Positions 41,479-52,071 of a DNA stretch of 64,000 nucleotides are shown here, in pieces. The notes under the pieces are model-generated. The model was not told the origin of the DNA, made no database searches, and saw only the letters and a list, made by a program, of their open reading frames with translations. Source of the DNA: Porphyridium purpureum (Eukaryota); NCBI GenBank assembly GCA_008690995.1, contig VRMN01000001.1:2170001-2234000 (forward strand). Direction: 5' to 3'. A program made the position numbers and the translations under genes. Every line of letters begins with the position of its first letter. Position 1 is the first letter of the stretch.

Positions 41479-43158
41479 ATGTCGGACATCGTCGAGGAGG
41501 TCGTCGAGGAACTCGAGGAGCTCGGCGTCTCGCAAGTCGTGGACAGCCCGCGGGGCCCGCCAATCCGGACGTACGGGAATCATGCGGCGGGCGATGACGA
41601 GATTGTGGACGAGTTCGACGGCGCGCCTGGCGCGACGGGACGCCTGTCCGGCGACTCGTGGGTGTCGGTCGTGAGTGAGTACGAGGGCGATCAGGGTGAA
41701 AATGCAGAGAACCTGCTGTTTGCCTCGGTGGAAGAGGAGCCGAAGAAGGAAAAAGCGGGCAATACGCATGCAGCGAACCAAATGCTTCAGTTGTCGCGCG
41801 TGCAAGGCAAGTCGGTGCTCGACTGCGTCATCGATATCCTGCGCGGCACGCGCGTACTCAAGAAGAAGTCGTTCATGCGCACGGGCGAGCGCTGGATTTG
41901 GCTGGGCGAGGACCTTATGTCGCTGTGCTGGAAGAGCAAGAAAAAAATGGATGAGCACGGCCGCGTCAACTTGATCAAGGTGCGTAAGCTCAAAGTGATC
42001 GATCTTGAAATGGTGCTGACGTCGACAGACAACAAGCAGCTGTCGCTCACATTTAACAGCAAAGAAGACATGCTGCTCTGGCTCACGGGGCTAGCATGCC
42101 TGATCCCCAAATCGGCCAAAGTCTCCCAGGATAATGCCATGTTCTCCGAGCGGATCAACTATGATCCCATGAAAGACGCCTGGCGTGGAAAGCTCGTCTC
42201 GTCGAGGAAGCACGTCAACGAGTACATTCTACTTGGGGGCATCGGTAAGGGCTCATTTGGCAAGGTCAAGCTGGCGCTCAGCCGGAAGGACAAACGCTTT
42301 TATGCTGTGAAAATCATCACGACAGTTCGTAAAGGGGTTGGCACGCGCGATGTGACTGCGGACGCAGGGCCCCTAAACCTTGATTCGAGAGAAGAGCAGG
42401 CGGTGATGAAGAAACTGGTCCATCCGAACATATGCCGAAATCGCGATGTTCTATATGATGAGGCGGACGACCGGTTCATTCTGGTGATCGAGTACATGTC
42501 GCGCGGGGTGGTCATGGATTCGAGTAAACTGGAAGGCGTCAAGCCGCTGAGCGAAGACGGCGTGCGTGAAATCATGCGTGACGTCGTGTGTGGGTTAGAG
42601 TACATGCATTTCCAAGAAATGGTTCACCGCGACATCAAGCCGGATAATTTGCTGCGCGCCGGGGACGGCACGGTCAAGCTCGGTGATTTTGGAGAGGCCA
42701 AGATTTATAATCTTAAGGGGGCGTCGCAAGCCAGTAAGCCGAGCGCACCGGGGACGCCAGCCTTCCTGGCGCCGGAGCTGTGTCTGAGTGAGAAGGCCCC
42801 CCGCGCCCCAGCAGAGAGCTACGCCGCTGATATCTGGTCGCTGGGAGCCACTATTTATTACATGGTGTTTGGGCGCGCGCCCTTTCTGGCCAAAAGTGTT
42901 TTTGAAATCCACGAAGCAATATGCACCCAGAAACTCACGTTTCCGCGTGGCCCCGGGGTGACAGCGGCTCTAAAGGACCTGCTCAACAGAATGATGACAA
43001 AGGAACCGTCAAAGCGAGCGACCTTGGATGAAGTGAAAACGCACAAGTGGTTTATCGAGCCGGTGGTCCAAAAGATACCGCTTAAGAAATACAAAATTAC
43101 TCAAGAAGACACAGATAACGCCATCCAGCCGGCCATCTGGAAGTACCCTGAGGACTGA
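41479..43158 (+). CDS. PH-like domain plus Ser/Thr kinase (CAMKK/SnAK-like)
   Basis: GKGSFGKV, HRDIKPDN, DFG, GTPAFLAPE. N-terminal PH-like segment ERWIWLGEDL...LLWLTGL. Confidence 0.88.
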   Translation: MSDIVEEVVEELEELGVSQVVDSPRGPPIRTYGNHAAGDDEIVDEFDGAPGATGRLSGDSWVSVVSEYEGDQGENAENLLFASVEEEPKKEKAGNTHAANQMLQLSRVQGKSVLDCVIDILRGTRVLKKKSFMRTGERWIWLGEDLMSLCWKSKKKMDEHGRVNLIKVRKLKVIDLEMVLTSTDNKQLSLTFNSKEDMLLWLTGLACLIPKSAKVSQDNAMFSERINYDPMKDAWRGKLVSSRKHVNEYILLGGIGKGSFGKVKLALSRKDKRFYAVKIITTVRKGVGTRDVTADAGPLNLDSREEQAVMKKLVHPNICRNRDVLYDEADDRFILVIEYMSRGVVMDSSKLEGVKPLSEDGVREIMRDVVCGLEYMHFQEMVHRDIKPDNLLRAGDGTVKLGDFGEAKIYNLKGASQASKPSAPGTPAFLAPELCLSEKAPRAPAESYAADIWSLGATIYYMVFGRAPFLAKSVFEIHEAICTQKLTFPRGPGVTAALKDLLNRMMTKEPSKRATLDEVKTHKWFIEPVVQKIPLKKYKITQEDTDNAIQPAIWKYPED

Positions 43159-43315
43159 CTTGCATACGATTTAATAAGTGAGAGATCCGTGATGAAGGCA
43201 CAGGCTGCGCATCATGCAGTGCGGTTTCGTGCCCTTTCGAATTCACATAAAACAATTGAGATACATGCCTCTTGGAAAGCAAGCCTCAATGCCCACCTGG
43301 TGCCGAGCGGCCTCG

Positions 43316-45655
43316 CTAGCATATTGCAGAAGGAGAAGAGCCCTGCGATACGTGATCTGCACTCTCCGAGCTTTCGCTCGCCTGGCGCTCACTGGCCATT
43401 CTCGAAATGTGTACGGCAAACAGCACTATCGATGGGGTCCACGCTGCCCCTCGCCCGGCGCCTTTGGATGCGTCGACGAGGTGCTGATTCCACCGATCAA
43501 GGCGCTCAGTCGAGTTCGAAAGCTTCCCCAGCGCCTCGAGCCCTTCGCGGATCTGAAGCCCGTTTTCTTCGGTAAATCGATCATGGGACAAGTTGACCGA
43601 TGCTGATTCAATGAAGATGGCCTGTGACGGCGAAACCTTATCAGCATCAGAATCAGCTGCCGATTCGGCCTCCTCTTCGTCGCCGTCCGCCTGCGCATCC
43701 TCATTCTGCCCAGAGTCACCTGCCCTATGGTGCTGGGGTCGAATCAAATCCTCGTCATCTACCTCGTGGTGGTCATTTGAACCGGTATTCAAGTCAGCTT
43801 CATCTAGTCCGTGCTGAGAACTAGGTTGTGCAGGACGATGGACAGCGAAGCCGTTACCCTGTAGCGAGCTGTCATGGCCGCCAGGCCGAGCGGCGGCTAC
43901 TAGATGACCCCCGCTTCCTTCATGATCGCTTTGCACTCCGTCGTCGACGTTTTGCATCAGCCCAATTTCATCCGCGACATCGTTCCCTTGCGTATTTTGG
44001 CTCCGTTGCTGTGTGCCTGCAACACTTGCGTCAGTCCCATCCTTTGACGTTCTGGATAAGAAGCGTCCAATTTGAGAAGTGAAGACCCCAGGCACTCGAT
44101 GCTTTAGCTGACCGAGCCAACCAGTGCCGTGATTCGTCGGAGCCTTGTCTCGGGAAGTGTTTGCGAAATGAGATTGCGTTGCTTCATCTTCACTTTCATC
44201 CTCTTCATCATCTTCATCTTCCTCAGCCTCCTCTGCTTCTTCTGCTTCTAATTCCACGCGTGCGCGCTTTGCCGGGCTTTCACGGTGCTCTGACTCCTCG
44301 ACCAACCCACGTTTTTCTCCATGATCATCGCTGTATCTGTGCGACTCCTCTGATTCTTCTCCGGCTCCCGAAATCGAATCGTACAGAGCACTGTCCGGTA
44401 GCTGGGTTTCCCAGATTTGTTCACTCTGCCCCATCTGACGAACGTTCGTGGTGCTAGCATTCGCTTCAGCTACAAAACTGGCAACAGCGACATCCGGCCT
44501 AGCTTGCGATCGCCCCTGCTCCGCTACTTCATCGTTTTCATCAAATGCGAGCTCTCGACGAACTGGAGCTTCCTGGCTCCTATCCTTGTTTGCTTTCTTT
44601 GCCCGAGGCATTGCTTCCACACCGCCGGACGGCTCTTCGTCGATCTCGTCCAATTGGACAGCTGAACTTACGTCGGAGCCGGTGCTTGTTGACTGGGAAC
44701 AGATGAAGTCAGAGCTCCCCGAAGATTTTGTAGCGACTACCGTCGCGCTAGAGGCACCACTTCTACTGTTCGTGTGACTTTCTGGCTCTGCTAGAGGCTG
44801 GGACCCTGCCACTGACTGTGTCGGAGTGTGGTTCTGCGGTGGCGTCTGGGAGAAGGTTTCGACAGCGAATTCTCGTTGAGTCGCGAAAAGGATGTTCGCC
44901 GGTTGGGCTTCGTGCCCCACAACAAAGCCTCCCTTTAAAATCTGAGACCTGCGCTGTACGACTGCGTGCGTGCTGGACAGCTGTGTCTGAAAATTGAAGT
45001 TGCTGAAGAGGAGGGAGTTCTTCCGCTCGTGCGACATCCACTTTCTCTTCAGATCCTGAATCGAATGGATTTGCTCTACGTGGACGAGGCCAACGTGGTG
45101 CCCTGCCTCAACGACTTCGTCGTGAGCCGTCTGCCGCAGCGCTTTGGGCACGTCGTCCTCTTCAAGCGCTTGCAGCGCGCTCACGATTACCACAAACGTC
45201 GGCCTATCAAGATCGTACTCGTAGAACTCCTGGCGCATTTCCAGCTGCGCATCTACCAGCACAACCCAACGCTCGAGCCGACCTTGCAACACCAGCTGCG
45301 CACTTAGCGGGTGCTGAAACTTGACTTCGACCCAGACATGCGTATCGTGCAGGCGAAATCGGATTGGCCACTGCGCACCCCACTTCAAGCCCGGTTCACA
45401 GTGGGGCGCGCTCTCCGCTGCGACGCGTGCAACGCACACCCGCTCGTGCGACGTCTGCGGGGCGCGTCCCAGCGGGATCCGCACGCTCGACCACCGCCCC
45501 GCGAGCTCGTCCCGTCCACGCTCCGCGTCGTTCTCGGCCCCCGCGCGCAGAAACCGCACGATCGAGTCATGCACCGCGCGCTCCAACCACCGCCCCTGCT
45601 CCTCCTGCCACTGCCGTTGCTCCTGCCGTCCCTCCTTCTCCTCTTGCCCCTGCAT
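43316..45655 (-). CDS. Hypothetical protein; candidate TPP1/Est3-like OB fold plus an S/TQ-rich disordered tail
   Basis: Long ORF with a beta-rich N-terminal domain (W-L, FRLHD, VVLVD, FVVIV) and an acidic disordered C-terminus. Confidence 0.6.
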   Translation of the reverse strand: MQGQEEKEGRQEQRQWQEEQGRWLERAVHDSIVRFLRAGAENDAERGRDELAGRWSSVRIPLGRAPQTSHERVCVARVAAESAPHCEPGLKWGAQWPIRFRLHDTHVWVEVKFQHPLSAQLVLQGRLERWVVLVDAQLEMRQEFYEYDLDRPTFVVIVSALQALEEDDVPKALRQTAHDEVVEAGHHVGLVHVEQIHSIQDLKRKWMSHERKNSLLFSNFNFQTQLSSTHAVVQRRSQILKGGFVVGHEAQPANILFATQREFAVETFSQTPPQNHTPTQSVAGSQPLAEPESHTNSRSGASSATVVATKSSGSSDFICSQSTSTGSDVSSAVQLDEIDEEPSGGVEAMPRAKKANKDRSQEAPVRRELAFDENDEVAEQGRSQARPDVAVASFVAEANASTTNVRQMGQSEQIWETQLPDSALYDSISGAGEESEESHRYSDDHGEKRGLVEESEHRESPAKRARVELEAEEAEEAEEDEDDEEDESEDEATQSHFANTSRDKAPTNHGTGWLGQLKHRVPGVFTSQIGRFLSRTSKDGTDASVAGTQQRSQNTQGNDVADEIGLMQNVDDGVQSDHEGSGGHLVAAARPGGHDSSLQGNGFAVHRPAQPSSQHGLDEADLNTGSNDHHEVDDEDLIRPQHHRAGDSGQNEDAQADGDEEEAESAADSDADKVSPSQAIFIESASVNLSHDRFTEENGLQIREGLEALGKLSNSTERLDRWNQHLVDASKGAGRGAAWTPSIVLFAVHISRMASERQASESSESADHVSQGSSPSAIC

Positions 45656-46247
45656 TCCTTCACCACCACGTTCCCCCCCTCCTCCGCGCCTTCTCTTCCA
45701 AACACCCGCACCCACCCACCCCGCTTTCCCTCAGCCTCCTTTCTCCCAAAAAAACCCCTCCCGAGCAAAATAGAACGAAATGAAACCGATTGAACGATTT
45801 TCTGAACCGTGTTTTTTTTCTGGACTCCCTGTTTTTGGCGCGAACGCACGCTACCTTGTCCTGGTTTCACTGTACTCAAATGAGGCGTGTATGGAATCTA
45901 TCAAAGCGCGCACGTTTGCTATGCACTTTAAGCCATAGGGTACAGTAAGAGTGTACACACTGTACATACTGTACACACGTTGTGAGCAGCACGCGGCGAT
46001 GACGCATGTCTTTATCATGCGGCATTCCCGACACGGTATTGAATTTAGGCTGGAGGAGAGGCGGAGGATTTTCGGGGCGAGCGGGCGACGTGGTGTGACT
46101 GGGCGACGATGTGTGGAAGAGGAGGAGTGACAGAGAGAGAGAGAAGGGTGAAGTGGAGGAGAAGAGACGGTGCGCGGCGTGGGTTTTGTTGATCCTCGGA
46201 CTGGTGGTGGTGGTGGTTCTGCTGGCGGTGGGGCTCATTCGCGAGCC

Positions 46248-47381
46248 ATGAGTAGAGAGCTCGCACACGTGCGACAGGAGCTGGATTGCCAGGTATGCCT
46301 CTCGCTGTTGTTTGACCCGGTGACATTGCCGTGCGGCCACAGTTTTTGCCGCGTGTGTGTGCTAAGAGCCTCAGACCACGTCCACGGATGCCCGCTATGC
46401 CGCGCGCCGTTTTACTATGACGCGCTGGGTTGTGCCAGTTCAACGGTGCTCAGGAGTACCATCGTATCGTTGTTCCCGGCAGAGTATGCCGCCAGACGGC
46501 AAGAACTCGAGGAAGAAGGTGCAATCTTGCCGCTGGATGAGGTCGACCGTCCAGGAGACGGCCCGATTGTATTTAGTTTACCCCTCTTCCCGCTCAACTG
46601 CGTCGTGTTTCCGGGAGAGAAGTTCCAATTGTTCATCTTTGAACCGCGGTATGTCCTCATGCTAAAGCATGTCATGCGCTCCTCGCGCTGCCTCGGACTC
46701 GTCAACTCGACGTGCGTGCGTGATACCAACGCTGTTGGTGTTCTGTTGCGTATTGAAAATGTCGCTCCCGTCGGTCCGCACCGATTCCTAGTCAATACGG
46801 TTGGCGCGCTGCGCTTCCGCGTGCGCAGCTTTCATGAGTGCGAGTCGTATCTAGTTGGTATGCTCGAGACCCTGCGCGACACGCCCGAGCAGTGCGAGAC
46901 TGAGCCCACACTTTCTCAAGGTCGGGGCAACCCGGGCGCGGAGGCTACTGCTCGTGAGGAAAGTGAACGGCTTCATTTGGGCGAGCAGCACGAATCCGGA
47001 ACCGCCACAGTCTCGTGCCCCGTTCAGACGCCTGAGCAAGCCTCGCCCTGTGCAGAGCTGTCATCTGCCGCTGTGGCACGTCAGCTCCTTGACTACTTAC
47101 GGACGAACCAACGCAACTCTTACGTGACCGCGGCTGAGCGGGCGGTCGACAGTCAGGCGTACGATGAGGCCAGCTTTTTAATGAGTCATCTGCTCGTGCG
47201 CGACGTGCCGAGCAGGCAGCTGTTGCTCGAGATGACTAGCACGCGCTCCCGGCTACAAGCGCTTGCGCAGATGGTGTGGGGCAAACCACAGCGAGCCAGC
47301 GGTACAGCTTCTATGCAAGGTCGGTCGTCTAGCATGCGCGGCCGCTTGCATCAGATGCGATCCACTTGCACGACACAATAA
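46248..47381 (+). CDS. RING finger plus LON N-terminal domain protein (LONRF-like)
   Basis: CQVC...CGHSFCRVC...CPLCR; LPLFPLNCVVFPG, IFEPRY. Start codon uncertain. Confidence 0.88.
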   Translation: MSRELAHVRQELDCQVCLSLLFDPVTLPCGHSFCRVCVLRASDHVHGCPLCRAPFYYDALGCASSTVLRSTIVSLFPAEYAARRQELEEEGAILPLDEVDRPGDGPIVFSLPLFPLNCVVFPGEKFQLFIFEPRYVLMLKHVMRSSRCLGLVNSTCVRDTNAVGVLLRIENVAPVGPHRFLVNTVGALRFRVRSFHECESYLVGMLETLRDTPEQCETEPTLSQGRGNPGAEATAREESERLHLGEQHESGTATVSCPVQTPEQASPCAELSSAAVARQLLDYLRTNQRNSYVTAAERAVDSQAYDEASFLMSHLLVRDVPSRQLLLEMTSTRSRLQALAQMVWGKPQRASGTASMQGRSSSMRGRLHQMRSTCTTQ

Positions 47382-47551
47382 AATGCACCTCGATCTATGC
47401 GGCGATGCAACCGGACTGTCATCAGTGACATACTCAATCTTCTAAAGCGAGCGGCACGGCCTTCTGTGTCTCGTTGACATGCAAGCACTTTTTCGATTCC
47501 GTGTCCCAGGCAAAGTAACGATGAGAAGTTGCGCAAGAGCTTGTCTTACGA

Positions 47552-48457
47552 ATGCGCCGGGTTGCCGACGATCCGATGGAGGGAGACGCAAGTTATGACA
47601 TCGAATTTGTCGTGCGTCACAAGTGGGCAGCGCCTCAAGACGGCAAGGTCGAGGCCAAAGCGGGTCGGGTGGGAGTCCAGCGCGTGCGAGGATGGAAAGT
47701 GAAATGTGACGCACCATGGTGTGACCTGGACGACCAGGATCGCGTCCGAATCAAGCAAGCAGGTCAATATGTCGTGGCGATAAAATGCAAATTGGATAAG
47801 AGTGGCGCGCATGAGTCAACGGATCCACATGCGCAGCCCACCACGCCAGTATTGCCCTTGACCTTCCGAGTGGAGGAGGAAGAGCGCGTCGAATTCCACG
47901 CGGTGCGCGTAGACACAACACAGAAGCAGGGTTGGATGCTACATTTGGCAGTTGGCACGGCGCTCAGCCTGCATTCGCAATTGGACGAGCCTCTACCGCG
48001 CGTACGCATTGATCTGAGCGTCGCGCTCTGTCTGCGGAAGCAGAAACGCAAATTGACGTGGGACGAGGAGCTAAAGTTAGAGAAGGTCGCAAACGCGCGC
48101 GCGAAGAAGCGGAAAGGTCTATCTGGAGACCAGGAATTGAAGCGCAGACGCATACCAAAAGAAGCCGAGAAGGGTCACAAGGCGCTGGTCGCTGCCACGG
48201 AAACATCATCTTTCAGCTTTGGAAAGGATGTGCAATCAAACGATGGGTACCACAGCGATAAAGACGCTCCCGCCTGTGCCTCTGCCGCCGCGGAAGGCGA
48301 CGACGGCGACGACGACGATGAGGACGATGAGGACGATGATGAGGACGATGACGATGAGTCCTGGGAGGGCGGCTTTTCGTCTGATTCAGAGACCAAGGAA
48401 AGGGATCCTCAAAGCACGCGCAACATGCGCCGGCTGGCGCGAGCCATTCGCATGTAG
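47552..48457 (+). CDS. Hypothetical protein: beta-rich N-domain, basic stretch, poly-Asp/Glu tract
   Basis: 301-aa ORF with NLS-like KKRK and an acidic tract. Confidence 0.55.
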   Translation: MRRVADDPMEGDASYDIEFVVRHKWAAPQDGKVEAKAGRVGVQRVRGWKVKCDAPWCDLDDQDRVRIKQAGQYVVAIKCKLDKSGAHESTDPHAQPTTPVLPLTFRVEEEERVEFHAVRVDTTQKQGWMLHLAVGTALSLHSQLDEPLPRVRIDLSVALCLRKQKRKLTWDEELKLEKVANARAKKRKGLSGDQELKRRRIPKEAEKGHKALVAATETSSFSFGKDVQSNDGYHSDKDAPACASAAAEGDDGDDDDEDDEDDDEDDDDESWEGGFSSDSETKERDPQSTRNMRRLARAIRM

Positions 48458-48627
48458 AAGTCTCCTCGTGCGAGAATTCTACCGACATGAGAACAAGGAG
48501 TACGGAAGCATAACCGCGGTGCTAAACACTTCTCGCTCTTTCCTTGAATCCAATGTTTATTTGTGCGGGCCCAACTTTGAAAAAACAAACACTCCGGCGT
48601 GCAAACTTTCGCTGAAAGCATATCCCT

Positions 48628-51399
48628 CTACTGCGGGGGAGCAACGTCCTTTGGCGGCTCAAATTCACCCTGTGTCGCGCCGGCAGCCTGCCCCACCGCT
48701 TCTGCCGGCGACGACCCGTGTAGCGATGTGCTACCGGGTTGCGGCACCTGCGGGGGTTGTGGCGGTTGTGGCGGTGGCGCCCCCGACGCATACATCTGCA
48801 GGAAAGACTGGTATGCAGCCATCGCTGCTGCCGTGTCAATTGGCCTCCCTGCTTCCGGGCCTGCGCCTGGCATGATAGGCGGTGGAGGCATCCCACTGGT
48901 CAGAATCGGAGGCGCAGGAGGCGCACTGCCGTTCGGACCCTGTGCCGGGGGCGGCGGTGGCGGCGCCTGTGTATTATATTGCACGGGCGGCGCTTGTTGG
49001 TGCTGCTGCTGTTGCGTATGATACGCCGCGTTCATACTTTGATACGCCGCGGCGGCCGCTGCCATCGCAGCCGCACTGCTCGCCGGGTTTGGAGCCGCGC
49101 TTGTCCCGTACCCATAAGCGTTTGCCTGCTGTTGTGGATGATTCTGTCCTGCATGATATATCGTCGCGGGATTCACGGTCCGGTAAGCCTGCGCGTTAAC
49201 AGTGTGATATGCATTGGGATTCATGCTTTGATATGCTGCGGCATTGCTCAACTGTGAGCTATACATGGCGAACAAAGCTGCCGCGTAAGGATCTGGCATT
49301 ACGCTCTGTTGAAAAGGGTGCGGCTGTGGGCCTGTATTTGCGCCCATGTTCAGCTGCGACATTTGAGACGCCATGGCTTTCTCAGATGTGCTTCCTTGCT
49401 CATTCCGCGACGCCTTCCCACCTCCCCTCTTTGACTTTGCTTTCACCGCCGCCTTCTTCTTACGCGCGCGACGGCGTTCCTCCTCGCTATCCTCCGAGTC
49501 GCTGCTCTCACTCGCTTCGTCTTCCTCTGAGCTTTCTTCCTCGCTCGAGTCTTCGTCTTCTGAAGAGTCGCGCCTTCTCCTGCTGCTCTTTTTCTTCTTC
49601 TTTGTCGCTTTGCTCGACGATGTTGCCTTCCTACCTTTTCCGTCGGACTCTCGCGAACGCTGCGCCGCGGGCAGCTGCTCAAGGTGCTCCTCGTGTTCCA
49701 TCACATTCGGACCGGGGCCGGGCACAGTCGCAAACATAGGTTGAACGCCAGAGTAAGGAGCCGCGGGACCAGCATCGATGGGAGGAGGCGCATACGGTTC
49801 AGCATACGGAGGCGCACCGTGGTCCGGCTCGTACCCACGCCCTTCCTGCTCATAGTCCCCGCGCGGTGGACCTGCTGCGTAGACCCCGCCGCCTACACCG
49901 CCGAACTCGTACGCGGAACCGTTACGTTGCAGACTCTGGTTCGAAGAAACGTCGTCGAACTCAACGACAGGCGCGCTCGCCTCGCGCACAACCTGGTTGA
50001 GAAGCACTGACGAGTCATAATCGCGCATCGCACGGCCAATGCGCTCCGAAATATCGAGTGCGCGTGAAATCTCGGCATCCGCGGAAATTTTCGCCACCAG
50101 ATCGTCCATTTTTGACCCAATGATACGGAGCCGCTTGGATAAATCGACCGCAATTTCATTTTTCACAAGATCGTTCTGAACGTCTGTGGTGTTGTCCAGG
50201 ATGCTCTCAAGCAAGCCGACCATATTCTCCACCTCAACAAGCGTGAGCGAATCCATGTCAATCTCAATGTCGTCCGCGTTTCGATCGCGGTTCTTTGCAG
50301 CTTCCAGCTTGCCACTCAGCGGACAAATCCACGGTGACGACGATTCAGGTACCAATGGAAAACGCACCTTCTGGCGCTTGTTGTTGTATCTTTCGATGAT
50401 GAAAGCACCCGCTGGGTCCATTCGCTTCCCTCTAAACATGCGCTGAAGTTCTTCAGCCCAAGCCTTCAGAAGAATGAGACAGCGCACGGTGATTTCCCGT
50501 GGCAAATCCTCGCCATCTCCTTGCCATCCGTAGTTGGTTGCTGTCTTCCACAAAAATAGGCTCTTGAAGCTTTCCTTGTAGTTCGGATCTACAAAGCGCC
50601 ACATGCGCCGGAAGAATAGATCATTCGCGATGTAGCGGTAAAAGAAGGGGCAGGTGCGCATGAGCTCATCCAACAGCGTGATCGAATTCAGCACTACGAC
50701 ATTGTCCGGAGCCTTCATACGCTTCCGCAAGCAGTAGGCAACGATCTGGCCACCCTGTGACTCGCGCATGACCAAATGCACAAGCTCGACACGCTTCTGC
50801 TCCGCAAAGTCGGGGTTCACGCCGCGCTCGGTTGCCGAGTCGATAATCGTCGTCACATGTGGAATGAAAGGATTCTGCGATCCCTTTGCCAGATTTGAGC
50901 CCTTGACACCACCTACAGAGCCAGGAATCATGCCACTGTCAAAGGCTTGCTGGGAGCGGCTGTCCAGCTTTGCGTACACTGAGCTCGAGTCGCGCGTGCT
51001 GTTTGTAGCGCCTCCAGCTTGCGTGTACGACTGACTCTGCGTCAGCTGCCCAGAGCGCTGCGCCGAGAGCGGATTATAGAACGAGGATGTGTTTTTCGGT
51101 CGCGTGCTCGCGAAGCCTGGCTGCGCTGCTTGGTTTATGTCCCCTTCCGGCATCGAACTGGGAAAGCCCCCAGCGTATGACCTGGTGCTACTGCTTGCAC
51201 CGGGCCGGCTTCCGCCTGCCTGAAAATCGGTATACTTCCGCTCCCAGTCTGCTGCCGGCACGTCGGGCTTCTGGTTGCGCGTGCTTGTGAACGTCGCCGA
51301 GTAGGTGTTGGCTGTGGATGAGGCGCCCGTACCCGTGGGCGCGCTGCCGCCGGCAGCATTCCGGGTGCTCATGGCGCCCGTTTGATTTGCGCCATACAT
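48628..51399 (-). CDS. VHS-GAT protein (TOM1-like endosomal adaptor)
   Basis: IIDSATE...LRKRMK..VVLNSITLLDELMRTC...ILLKAW (VHS), a helical GAT-like region and a Pro-rich tail. Confidence 0.75.
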   Translation of the reverse strand: MYGANQTGAMSTRNAAGGSAPTGTGASSTANTYSATFTSTRNQKPDVPAADWERKYTDFQAGGSRPGASSSTRSYAGGFPSSMPEGDINQAAQPGFASTRPKNTSSFYNPLSAQRSGQLTQSQSYTQAGGATNSTRDSSSVYAKLDSRSQQAFDSGMIPGSVGGVKGSNLAKGSQNPFIPHVTTIIDSATERGVNPDFAEQKRVELVHLVMRESQGGQIVAYCLRKRMKAPDNVVVLNSITLLDELMRTCPFFYRYIANDLFFRRMWRFVDPNYKESFKSLFLWKTATNYGWQGDGEDLPREITVRCLILLKAWAEELQRMFRGKRMDPAGAFIIERYNNKRQKVRFPLVPESSSPWICPLSGKLEAAKNRDRNADDIEIDMDSLTLVEVENMVGLLESILDNTTDVQNDLVKNEIAVDLSKRLRIIGSKMDDLVAKISADAEISRALDISERIGRAMRDYDSSVLLNQVVREASAPVVEFDDVSSNQSLQRNGSAYEFGGVGGGVYAAGPPRGDYEQEGRGYEPDHGAPPYAEPYAPPPIDAGPAAPYSGVQPMFATVPGPGPNVMEHEEHLEQLPAAQRSRESDGKGRKATSSSKATKKKKKSSRRRRDSSEDEDSSEEESSEEDEASESSDSEDSEEERRRARKKKAAVKAKSKRGGGKASRNEQGSTSEKAMASQMSQLNMGANTGPQPHPFQQSVMPDPYAAALFAMYSSQLSNAAAYQSMNPNAYHTVNAQAYRTVNPATIYHAGQNHPQQQANAYGYGTSAAPNPASSAAAMAAAAAAYQSMNAAYHTQQQQHQQAPPVQYNTQAPPPPPPAQGPNGSAPPAPPILTSGMPPPPIMPGAGPEAGRPIDTAAAMAAYQSFLQMYASGAPPPQPPQPPQVPQPGSTSLHGSSPAEAVGQAAGATQGEFEPPKDVAPPQ

Positions 51400-51709
51400 G
51401 TTGACCGCAGCTGGGCATCCACCGCGACCGCGCAAATCGTGCTCCCTCCTGTTCCCCCTCCTGTTCCCCTCCCGCGTTCCCCAACCCCTGTTGCTGCGCC
51501 GCTTCCCCTCCGATCTGTCTTGCACTACACACCCCCTCCCGCCCCTCCCCTCACGCCCACCCCCGCGCACTCCCCTCCACACCACTCCAGTCCAGCCACG
51601 CTTTACCCCCCTCCCCTCGACTTTTTCCCCTTCTCCACTATCGACTGCGAACGACTCGGTGCTTGTACGAACATGTTCGACGCGCGTGCCTATTGAAATG
51701 AGCTGAAAC

Positions 51710-52011
51710 CGTGGAAAGTTGCCCGTCCCACTCGTCGATGGGCGTGCGGAAGGGCGAGTGCGAACGTACCGGGACGTCGTGACGGGGATTCAGCGGGTGT
51801 AATGCGATGTGACTCGACTAGCGTCCCGCCGGATGCCGATGTGACGTGACTCGATGTGGTCAGATTGCATCAACAAGGACCCGGCGGGCGTCTATATAGT
51901 GGGTGCGGTCGCGCAGAGATGGCAGACGGATAAGCCTAGAAGAAAAGAGAGAAGGTAAGGGAAGGGGAATAGTAAAAGGGTTCTTCGTTGATCGTTAACA
52001 GAAAACCCACG
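51710..52011 (+). repeat. Element D 5' LTR (CGTGG...CCACG)
   Basis: Perfect 5-bp terminal inverted repeat; TATATA at about 51893. Confidence 0.95.
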
Positions 52012-52071
52012 TGGTATCATCGCCGGTTCGGCGGGTGAGGAGCGGTAGTCTCTGGTGCGGGGCCTGTCGGG

